Source: Promethearchaeota archaeon
GTDB taxonomy: Archaea > Asgardarchaeota > Lokiarchaeia > Sigyniarchaeales > SOKP01
Direction of reading: 5' to 3'
Assembly: GCA_048937405.1 (NCBI GenBank)
Contig: JBHLNF010000003.1
Span: forward strand, 96,001 to 160,000
Length of the DNA stretch: 64,000 bases
Shown here: piece after piece, positions 52,305 through 60,334 of the stretch
How positions within the stretch are numbered: position 1 is the stretch's first letter
Layout: each line of letters starts with the position of its first letter
Program-made: the position numbers and the translations under genes
The notes under the pieces: model-generated
Told to the model about the DNA's origin: nothing
Seen by the model: only the letters and a program-made list of their open reading frames with translations
Database searches by the model: none

Positions 52305-52364
52305 ATTTTGTAATATTTTTAAATTAATAAATTATTAAATAGAGATTGATATAGTAAAAAAGAA

Positions 52365-53222
52365 ATGCTATTTGTAATTTTCAACATATTATCAAGAGAA
52401 ATTTACTTCAAATCATATTTTGAAAGTCATTACATAGAAGATAATATATCAAAAATTATTAAGATGTTTAACAATCGAGTATATTTAAAAAATGAGGAAA
52501 AATACCAATTAGCTTTTAAAATTAGGGAAAGTGTTGCTTTTGGAGGAATAAGAGCCTATAATGGTGGTAGCTACAACGGTCGTGATATTATTCCATGCAA
52601 ACAAATAAATCTACAGGAAATATTAAATTTTATACATGAGTTATCAGAAATTATTACTGAAGAAGAAATTAATCTCTTAACTACAAATCAATTTAAATTG
52701 ACAAAAGAAATAATTTTACAAAGATTAAATATTAAAAATATTCATAATAAATCTAAAATATTAATTGTTGGAGGGGGAGGTGCAGGGGTAAGTTCCATAA
52801 TGTTTATGAATTACGGTCTTACATTAACAAATAATCTTGGAACAATAATTTATCATGTAACAACAAATATAAATGTGAAGAATGAAAAACTCATGTTTTT
52901 TTTTACTCCATATAGATCTGATTTATATCATCATCAAATTAGTCTTTTTCCTGCATTTTCAAGTATTATTTATGTTGAAGATAGTACAAGAAAAGAAGTT
53001 TTTAATGAATATAATTACATTTTAAAAAAAATAAAAGAAGAAAAGAAAAGGAAAAAAGAAAAACGATTTTTAATTATTGCAAATAAACAAGATTTACCAG
53101 GAGCAATGGAGCCAGAGAAAATCGAAGAAATTACAGGGATAACAACAGTCGGCTTTTCTGCCATTGATCCTGATGCTCCTAAACATTTAGAAAAAATAAT
53201 TTCAGATTTTTTGAAAAAATAG
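52365..53222 (+). CDS. Arf/Rag-like small GTPase-fold protein with an N-terminal extension (possibly longin-like); degenerate G1/G3 (pseudo-GTPase)
   Basis: KILIVGGGGAGVSSI (no Lys), no DxxG, YVEDST, intact ANKQD (G4) and FSAI (G5); 60 bp after the giant gene. Confidence 0.8.
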   Translation: MLFVIFNILSREIYFKSYFESHYIEDNISKIIKMFNNRVYLKNEEKYQLAFKIRESVAFGGIRAYNGGSYNGRDIIPCKQINLQEILNFIHELSEIITEEEINLLTTNQFKLTKEIILQRLNIKNIHNKSKILIVGGGGAGVSSIMFMNYGLTLTNNLGTIIYHVTTNINVKNEKLMFFFTPYRSDLYHHQISLFPAFSSIIYVEDSTRKEVFNEYNYILKKIKEEKKRKKEKRFLIIANKQDLPGAMEPEKIEEITGITTVGFSAIDPDAPKHLEKIISDFLKK

Positions 53223-53224
53223 AC

Positions 53225-53266
53225 ACTTTTTATAAATTTTTATTTTATGTATTTTTATGTATTTTT
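53225..53266 (+). terminator. Probable archaeal oligo-T terminator
   Basis: Several T-tracts, including a repeated TTTTATGTAT unit, immediately after the stop codon. Confidence 0.45.
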
Positions 53267-53413
53267 AAATATTCTTGATTACTATTCAAACAAAAATTGC
53301 AATAATTAAAATTCTTTATAATCAGTCTAATGAGTGATTAAATCATAACGACAATAAACTATCCTCCCAAGAAAATATTAGAAAAGAAGGATTATGTATA
53401 CATTATACTATGG

Positions 53414-54289
53414 ATGTTGTACAATAATGAAGGATGTAGATGGTTAGATTTTCGTCAAGAACCGCTTGAAATTCCTACAGTTAGTTTATCTGAACATTTA
53501 AATAAGTTAACACGTAAAGGATTAGTAGAAAAATATACTAAAGGGTATTATAAGATAACACATAAAGGGAAAGAACGTTTTAATGAAGAGAAATTTGATT
53601 TAAATTATTATAATGAATATTATAATTATAGACTTTTGATGACCAAGGTTTTAAGTCCTGATCGAATCTTTGATATTGAGAGTAATGGAGATTCTAAGAC
53701 TGAAAAGATATTAAAATTTTTAGTATTAGGAGAAGCGGGAGTAGGAGTAAGAACCCTATTAAACTCAATATATCTTAAACTTGGTTTCACAGATTATGAT
53801 TATGATCATTATAATTCTTCAGTACATACAGAAATACCAAAAGATTGGGAAGGTTATGATATCGATATTCATGGTTTTGAATTTGAATTTCATTATACGG
53901 AGTATTTAGAAATCAATGAAGATATATACTTACTTGATTATTGGGATTGTGAGAAGGATTATCGTTTTCATAAAATATTTCAGATGTTTAAAGAGAAGGT
54001 TCTTGTGTTGTTTATTTTTGATTTATCACGACCAGGAACTTTTGAATATCATATAAAGTACAATTCATGTCCTTGGTGGAATTTAAGTAAGCCCTCGATT
54101 TTATTAGTTGGAAACAAACTAGACTTAATCAAGGACACAACTACAATTGATCGGAAAAAATATAAGGATTTTGTTGAAAAAGAGGGTTTGAGGAAGTATA
54201 TAGAAATATCAATGAACAATTTTAATGGGTTAATTGAAGAAATATCTAAATTAATTCAAGAGAAAATAGGTAAATCCTTTAAATTTTAG
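53414..54289 (+). CDS. Winged-helix + Rab-like small GTPase fusion with degenerate P-loop; true start probably ~53342-53354 (non-AUG)
   Basis: wHTH pattern SLSEHLNKLTRKGLVEK...YKITHKG; GTPase motifs KFLVLGEAGVGVRT, YWDC, FIFDLS, LVGNKLD, EISM; the frame is open upstream to TAA 53339 and reads INYPPKKILEKKDYVYIILWML. Confidence 0.82.
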   Translation: MLYNNEGCRWLDFRQEPLEIPTVSLSEHLNKLTRKGLVEKYTKGYYKITHKGKERFNEEKFDLNYYNEYYNYRLLMTKVLSPDRIFDIESNGDSKTEKILKFLVLGEAGVGVRTLLNSIYLKLGFTDYDYDHYNSSVHTEIPKDWEGYDIDIHGFEFEFHYTEYLEINEDIYLLDYWDCEKDYRFHKIFQMFKEKVLVLFIFDLSRPGTFEYHIKYNSCPWWNLSKPSILLVGNKLDLIKDTTTIDRKKYKDFVEKEGLRKYIEISMNNFNGLIEEISKLIQEKIGKSFKF

Positions 54290-54720
54290 TCTTGTTATGG
54301 AAATCTAGTGAATAAAAGTTCTATATTTAAATCAGTTTTTAATATTTCTTAATCTTATTTTTTTTACTATTTAAATTTAAAATTAATGATATAAAACTAA
54401 AGAGGGTCTTATTAAATGAACAAAAAACTTAATGATCTACATCATTAAACTAAACTAAATCCTTTTTCCGCACCTTTTTTCCGTTTTTCATCCTTTAATA
54501 AAAAATTTAGGAGAAATCAATAAATATTGAAAAATAATTATCAAATTATAATAAAATTGAAAAAAATTTCTTGTTAAGGTCACTTTCTCTGAAAAATGTT
54601 ATGTATAAAGGAAAGACAGAAATAAAATACCCATAATAACGGTTTCAGTAAAATTTATTAGAAAACATATTCTACCTAATAATAGTTTTTGATTCAATTT
54701 ATAAAGAGAGTTTGAGAATA

Positions 54721-56013
54721 TTGGCACAAAAAAATATTTATGAATATGATGCTAAAAAGCTTTTAGCAAGCCAATTACCGAAATACTATCCTGAATTTGA
54801 ATATCATAATAAATTGGCTATAGTTCAAAATGAAACTGACTTAAATCAATTGGCTTCAAAAGAGCCTTGGATCAAATCAGAAAAATTAGTTGCAAAACCA
54901 GATCAGTTATTTGGCAAAAGGGGAAAAGCAAATTTACTTTTACTAGATGCTAATTTTGATGAAATGAAAAAATTTTGTCATGAGAATTTAGATAAAGTAT
55001 TCGAAATTGGTAAGGTTAAGGGTGAGTTAAAACGTCTTCTCATTGAACCATTTATACCTCATGAGAAAGAATATTACGTCTCAATAACCTCAGATAGAGA
55101 AAATGATATTATCCACTTTAGCTTTGAGGGAGGTATTTTTATTGAGGAAAACTGGGATAAAGTATATCATATTCCTATCCCACTTGGAACCGATATAAAT
55201 ACATTTGATTTATCAAGTAAGATGCCTAATTTAGGAGATTTAAAAGATGTTTTAATTCCTTTTATTAAGGCATTATTTCAGGTTTTTGTTGATCAAGATT
55301 TTGCTTTTCTTGAAATTAATCCATTTGCGATTACTGGAGACAGGAAAATTGTTCCTTTAGATGTAAAAGCGCGATTAGATGATACAGCAGCCTTTATTCA
55401 CCAAGATACATGGGGAAATCCCGAGAATCCCATTGAGTTTCCAGCGGGATTTGGACAAAAATCATCCATAGAAGAAGATAGAATTAGAGATCTTGATGAA
55501 AAAACAGGAGCGTCATTAAAATTAAAAATTTTGAATAAGGATGGTCGTGTTTGGACAATGGTTGCGGGTGGTGGAGCTTCAGTAATTTACACCGACACAG
55601 TAGTAGATCTAGGTTTAGGAGGAGAATTAGGAAATTATGGAGAATATAGTGGTAATCCTAGTCGTGAACATACAGAAATTTATGCACAAACTATCATTGA
55701 TTTAATTACCGAAAATCCTGATTCGCAAGGAAAACCTAAATATCTTATAATTGGGGGAGGAATAGCTAATTTTACTGATGTTAAAGCAACTTTTGCTGGA
55801 ATAGTTAGTGCGATTAAAAATTCTGTTGACAAATTAAAGAAAGCGAATGTGAAAATTTTTGTTCGACGAGGAGGACCAAATGAAAAACAAGGTCTTGAGA
55901 TGATGGAACAGGTTGGAAAAGAAACAGGAATACCAATTGAAGTCTATGATAGATATACTCACATGACTAGAGTTGTTGAGTTAATAAAAAAAGCAGAAGA
56001 GGGAAAAACATAA
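54721..56013 (+). CDS. aclB: ATP-citrate lyase beta subunit (ATP-grasp + citrate-binding)
   Basis: AQKNIYEYDAK, LVAKPDQLFGKRGK, FLEINP, MVAGGGASVIY, NYGEYSG, IGGGIANFTDV, VRRGGPN; TTG start at 54721 (alternative 54712). Confidence 0.95.
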   Translation: MAQKNIYEYDAKKLLASQLPKYYPEFEYHNKLAIVQNETDLNQLASKEPWIKSEKLVAKPDQLFGKRGKANLLLLDANFDEMKKFCHENLDKVFEIGKVKGELKRLLIEPFIPHEKEYYVSITSDRENDIIHFSFEGGIFIEENWDKVYHIPIPLGTDINTFDLSSKMPNLGDLKDVLIPFIKALFQVFVDQDFAFLEINPFAITGDRKIVPLDVKARLDDTAAFIHQDTWGNPENPIEFPAGFGQKSSIEEDRIRDLDEKTGASLKLKILNKDGRVWTMVAGGGASVIYTDTVVDLGLGGELGNYGEYSGNPSREHTEIYAQTIIDLITENPDSQGKPKYLIIGGGIANFTDVKATFAGIVSAIKNSVDKLKKANVKIFVRRGGPNEKQGLEMMEQVGKETGIPIEVYDRYTHMTRVVELIKKAEEGKT

Positions 56014-56031
56014 AGGAGGAATGAAAATATA

Positions 56032-57867
56032 ATGGAAAAATTTGATTTATTTGATAGGAAAACACAAGCAATAATCTATGGTTTTCAACAAGCAGCAATT
56101 CAAAGGATGATAGATTTTGATTACTTATGTAGACGAGAAATACCATCAATTGCAGCAGTAATACGACCTACTCAAGATGCAGCAATAGCTTATCACAAAG
56201 TATTTTGGGGAAGTAAAGAAATCGTTGTCCCTGTTTATAAAACACTTCAAATGGCTATGAAGAAACACCCTAATGCAGATGTAATGATAAATTTTTCTTC
56301 ATTTAGAAGTGCATATCCAACAAGTAAAGAAGCATTAGAATCGGATACAATACGTACGATAGCAATAATTGCAGAAGGAATGCCTGAAAGACAGAGTCGG
56401 TATTTAGTTAAAATTGCTGAAGAAAAAGATAAGATAATAATAGGCCCTGCCACTGTTGGTGGAATTAGGGCAGGAGCTTTCAAAATTGGAAACACTGCAG
56501 GCACAATTGAAAATATAATACTCTCAAAATTATATAGACCTGGTTCAGTAGGATTTGTCAGTAAATCAGGGGGACTTTCCAATGAAATGAATTTTATGAT
56601 TGCCCAGAACACCGATGGTATTCATGAAGGTATTGCTATAGGCGGGGATCGATATCCTGGTTCACGATTAATTGACCACCTTATGAGATATGAAGCTAAT
56701 CCTAATATCAAAATGTTAGTTTCATTAGGAGAAATTGGTGGTAAAGATGAATATGATATCGTTGATGCCCTTAAATCTGGAAAAATTATTAAACCATTAG
56801 TTATTTGGGTAGCGGGAACAGCTGCTAAAATATTACCAAGTGGATTGCAATTTGGACACGCTGGTGCTATGGCAGGAAGTGATATGGAAACCGCGGAAGC
56901 TAAAAATAAAGCTTTAAGGGACGCAGGAGCGATTGTCCCCGATTCATATGAAGACTTAGATAAAAGAATAAGAGAAACGTTTGAAAAACTAAAGCAGGAA
57001 GGAAAAGTAACTCCAATTGAAGAAATTAAACCTCCAGAAATACCAATTGACTTTAATGAAGCAATTAGATTAGGATTAGTTCGAAGACCTAGTGATGTTA
57101 TTGTAACAATTTCTGATGATCGAGGTGATGTGCCCACATTTGCTGGAGTTGGATTAGACACAATAATACGAGAAAATAAAAGTTTAGGATATGTAATTGG
57201 ACTTCTTTGGTTTAAACGAGAATTACCTGAATTTGCTCAACAATTTATTGAAATGGTGGTAAAATTGACAGCTGATCATGGTCCAGCTGTAAGTGGAGCT
57301 CATAATGCTATAATTACTGCTCGAGCAGGAAAAGATCTTATGTCAGCTTTGGCAAGTGGAATTCTGACTATTGGCCCAAGATTTGGAGGCGCAATATCAG
57401 ATGCTGCTAAATATGTAAGAGAAGCTTTACAAAAAGGAATGCAACCACAAGAGTTCGTTAACTATATGAAGGATGTTGTAAATATAAATATTCCAGGAAT
57501 TGGTCATAGAATTAAATCTGTTCAAAATCCTGATATTCGGGTTCAATTACTCAAAGAATTTGTTTTTAATAATTTCAAAAACCATCCTCATTTAGATTTT
57601 GCGTTAGAAGTAGAAAAAATAACCACATCTAAAAGAAATAATTTAATATTGAATGTTGATGGATGTATTGGAATTACTTTTCTAGATTTATTAGAAAATT
57701 TAGACTTCACTCCTGAGGAAATTGAAGATGTTATTTATAGTGAAGCTTTAAATGGACTATTCGTGCTTGGACGGACAATAGGAATGATGGGACATGTTTT
57801 TGACCAAAAACGTCAACGAGCAGGTCTTTATAGGCAGCCTTGGGATGAAATTTTATTTAGTGAATAA
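56032..57867 (+). CDS. aclA: ATP-citrate lyase alpha subunit
   Basis: IIGPATVGG, YRPGSVGFVSKSGG, FGHAGA (phospho-His), DHGPAVSGAHN, IGPRFGGA, GIGHRIKS, NVDG; GGAGG RBS at ~56015. Confidence 0.96.
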   Translation: MEKFDLFDRKTQAIIYGFQQAAIQRMIDFDYLCRREIPSIAAVIRPTQDAAIAYHKVFWGSKEIVVPVYKTLQMAMKKHPNADVMINFSSFRSAYPTSKEALESDTIRTIAIIAEGMPERQSRYLVKIAEEKDKIIIGPATVGGIRAGAFKIGNTAGTIENIILSKLYRPGSVGFVSKSGGLSNEMNFMIAQNTDGIHEGIAIGGDRYPGSRLIDHLMRYEANPNIKMLVSLGEIGGKDEYDIVDALKSGKIIKPLVIWVAGTAAKILPSGLQFGHAGAMAGSDMETAEAKNKALRDAGAIVPDSYEDLDKRIRETFEKLKQEGKVTPIEEIKPPEIPIDFNEAIRLGLVRRPSDVIVTISDDRGDVPTFAGVGLDTIIRENKSLGYVIGLLWFKRELPEFAQQFIEMVVKLTADHGPAVSGAHNAIITARAGKDLMSALASGILTIGPRFGGAISDAAKYVREALQKGMQPQEFVNYMKDVVNINIPGIGHRIKSVQNPDIRVQLLKEFVFNNFKNHPHLDFALEVEKITTSKRNNLILNVDGCIGITFLDLLENLDFTPEEIEDVIYSEALNGLFVLGRTIGMMGHVFDQKRQRAGLYRQPWDEILFSE

Positions 57868-57937
57868 CTTTAACTTTTTAAATATAAATTTAGCAAATAA
57901 AAAATAAAAAAAAAACAGAAAATAGAGGTTTTATACA

Positions 57938-59131
57938 ATGGGAGAAATGGTTGATAAGGCAAAAGAACACTTCGAAAAACTTGTAAAAGAGCAACTTGAA
58001 CGAGTAGAGCAAATGAAACAAGCAGAAGATTGGATTGATTATTCCAAATTAAAACCAATAATAATTGGTGTAGCTGGTGGAGATGGTATTGGTCCGGAAA
58101 TTACAAGACATGCACAGGCAATCATGGAATTTGTTTTAAAAGAAGAAATTGAAAATGGAAGTGTTGAGATTAGAAATATTGTTGGATTAACAATTGAAAA
58201 TAGAGCTAAACATATGAAGGCTATACCAGATGATGTTCTTGAACAATTAAAGAAATGCCATGTTATATTAAAAGGTCCTACATTAACTCCTCGAAAGGGT
58301 GATCAATGGCCAAATATCGAAAGTGCTAATGTTACAATGAGAAGAGAACTGGATCTATTTGCAAATGTTCGACCAGTTAAAGTTCCAGAATTAGGAATAA
58401 ATTGGATGTTCTTTAGAGAAAATACAGAAGGTGCGTATGTATTAGGTTCTAAAGGAATTAATATTTCAGAGGATCTATCAATAGATTTTAAGGTTATAAC
58501 TAAACAGGGAGCTGATAGAATTATTCGTCTGGCCTTCGATTATGCAGCGAAAAATAATATAAATCGGGTTTCAGTGGTAACTAAAGCAAATGTTGTAAAA
58601 GCGACTGATGGTAGATTCCTTGCTATGGCCGAAGAAATCGCTAAAGAATATCCACAAGTGAAATGGGATGATTGGTATATTGATATTGCCACTGCAAAAT
58701 TAGTTGATCCAGCACGTCAAAAGGATTTCAAGGTTTTTGTTGCTCCAAATCTGTATGGGGATATTATAACTGATGAAGCTGCTCAAATTCAAGGGGGTGT
58801 TGGTACTGCGGGAAGTGCTAACATTGGTAAACGTTATTCAATGTTTGAAGCAATTCATGGTACTGCTCCTAGAATGGTTGAAACAGGACGTACTAAATAT
58901 GCGGATCCTTCGAGTATCATAAAAGCAGCAGCATTGCTAATTAATCATATCGGATTTGTTGAAAAAGCTAAAAAACTCGAAATGGCTTTGGATATATGTG
59001 CTACTTATGAAAGAAAATTGAAAATGACGGGGAGAGATACTGGTTCTACAGGTGAAGAATATGCAAAATATATTATGGAAACTATTCAAGATCCTAATCT
59101 TGAAAAACGTTTTAATGAATATAATAAATAA
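57938..59131 (+). CDS. Isocitrate/isopropylmalate dehydrogenase family enzyme, probably isocitrate dehydrogenase
   Basis: GDGIGPEI, LKGP, SANVTMRRELDLFANVRP, RENTEG, KANV, NLYGDI, EAIHGTAP; directly downstream of aclBA. Confidence 0.9.
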   Translation: MGEMVDKAKEHFEKLVKEQLERVEQMKQAEDWIDYSKLKPIIIGVAGGDGIGPEITRHAQAIMEFVLKEEIENGSVEIRNIVGLTIENRAKHMKAIPDDVLEQLKKCHVILKGPTLTPRKGDQWPNIESANVTMRRELDLFANVRPVKVPELGINWMFFRENTEGAYVLGSKGINISEDLSIDFKVITKQGADRIIRLAFDYAAKNNINRVSVVTKANVVKATDGRFLAMAEEIAKEYPQVKWDDWYIDIATAKLVDPARQKDFKVFVAPNLYGDIITDEAAQIQGGVGTAGSANIGKRYSMFEAIHGTAPRMVETGRTKYADPSSIIKAAALLINHIGFVEKAKKLEMALDICATYERKLKMTGRDTGSTGEEYAKYIMETIQDPNLEKRFNEYNK

Positions 59132-59156
59132 TTTGAAAGAAGACTTCAAATAGTAA

Positions 59157-59178
59157 ACTTTTTTTTAATTTTTTTTTA
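59157..59178 (+). terminator. Oligo-T terminator of the acl-idh operon
   Basis: Two long T runs ~25-45 bp after the stop codon. Confidence 0.6.
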
Positions 59179-59452
59179 AATTAATATTTTATATTAATAT
59201 AGAAAAACTTGACTTATAGAATAATAGAGAAAATATAGAATTTAAAAACAATTTCTCTTTAATTTAGTCAGTTTTAATATTATAAATCAAAAATAGATGA
59301 AGAGATCTTAGATTATATTCTTTTCCAATGAAAAAATTAATTATAATTATAGTCCAATCATTCTATTATTACTAAAAGAAGATTTTAAAAAGTATGCAAA
59401 GAATTAATGGTGGTTCATAAAATTTAAATATTTGAAAAATATTTCTTTTTTA

Positions 59453-59481
59453 GACATGTAAAATCTTGACATATATTAAAA
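59453..59481 (+). promoter_or_regulatory. Putative PadR operator/promoter of padR
   Basis: GACATGTAAAATCTTGACATATATTAAAA: ATGTa-N7-gACAT inverted repeat next to a TATA-like element ~30 bp before the ATG; near-copy at 60140. Confidence 0.65.
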
Positions 59482-59508
59482 TCCTATACAATTTTATCCT
59501 AAATAGTA

Positions 59509-60054
59509 ATGAATAATGAAAAATTTGTTGAGGTTATTGAACATTCAATGAAGAGTGGTTTCATTAGTTTACTTATTTTATTAGCTCTTGAAAAAGAATC
59601 AGCTAATGGTTATAAACTAATGAAAAAAATATCTGAAGACACTTTTGGTGAGTGGCGTCCATCCAATTCAACAATATATCCCTATCTTTCCAATCTTTCT
59701 ACTAAAGGATTAATTGAGTATGACATAAAGAAAACAGGGCAGAGAGAAAGCAAAGAATATTCCCTTACGAAGAAAGGCAGAGAAGTTTTAAAAATGTTAG
59801 TAGAAAAACAGCAAGAAATGAATTTATCATTACTAAGTATGATTACAACTGTTTTGGATGTCGATGACAATTCTATTCTTCTAAAAGACTTTCTTACCCA
59901 ATCCCTACCTTACCAGATCCTTTCTGATAAATCTCATGAGGAAAAAATTGAAATTCTCAATAAACGGATTAAAGTATTAAGTTTTATTTCAGAAATCGTT
60001 AAAAACAGTAAAGCTGGGATGGAAGAAGAATTAGAAAGACTCAAATCAAAATGA
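59509..60054 (+). CDS. PadR-family transcriptional regulator
   Basis: LLILLAL...NGYKLMK...STIYPYLSNL..KGLI...YSLTKKG. Confidence 0.92.
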   Translation: MNNEKFVEVIEHSMKSGFISLLILLALEKESANGYKLMKKISEDTFGEWRPSNSTIYPYLSNLSTKGLIEYDIKKTGQRESKEYSLTKKGREVLKMLVEKQQEMNLSLLSMITTVLDVDDNSILLKDFLTQSLPYQILSDKSHEEKIEILNKRIKVLSFISEIVKNSKAGMEEELERLKSK

Positions 60055-60139
60055 TAATAAGAATCTTAAATTTGTAATTCAGAACTCAGAAAATTTTAAA
60101 GACTAATATTAAAGATTGAATTAAATATACCTAAAATCT

Positions 60140-60168
60140 GACATGTCAAATCACGACATATTTAAATA
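60140..60168 (+). promoter_or_regulatory. Putative PadR operator/promoter of the ABC permease
   Basis: GACATGTCAAATCACGACATATTTAAATA: perfect ATGTC-N7-GACAT (60143-60159) adjacent to a TTTAAATA box. Confidence 0.7.
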
Positions 60169-60334
60169 TTATTAATTCTTATTTTTACTAATAAACTGTT
60201 TGATTTAATAATCTAAAATTCTAATCAATGATTATTTAAATTGAATATATTAAATATACAAAAATAAAGGATGAGAGTTATATCCTTGTTAATACAAAAA
60301 AAAATATAACAAAAAAAAAAGAGAAAAAAAGAAA

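Noticed and set aside
449-51560. Dozens of short (60-135 aa) alternative-frame and antisense ORFs inside the giant gene
   Set aside because: No recognisable motifs; expected shadow ORFs of a long AT-rich coding frame
1-52304. Inteins, introns, transposases or a diversity-generating retroelement as the cause of the insertions
   Set aside because: I saw no intein C/S...HN ends, homing endonuclease, transposase or reverse transcriptase, no adenine-specific TR/VR pair, and no terminal repeats at cassette junctions
54290-54711. ncRNA/tRNA or mobile-element end in the AT-rich intergenic region (short CCTTTTT(T)CCG repeat at ~54461-54483)
   Set aside because: No convincing stem structure or terminal repeat; consistent with ordinary terminator/promoter sequence
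54721-59131. Autotrophic reverse TCA cycle
   Set aside because: ACL and IDH alone are insufficient; the other key enzymes are not in the window
60296-60334. Poly-A tracts before the permease as a phase-variation site
   Set aside because: They are non-coding, and A-runs are common in all intergenic regions here; there is no evidence of variation without reads
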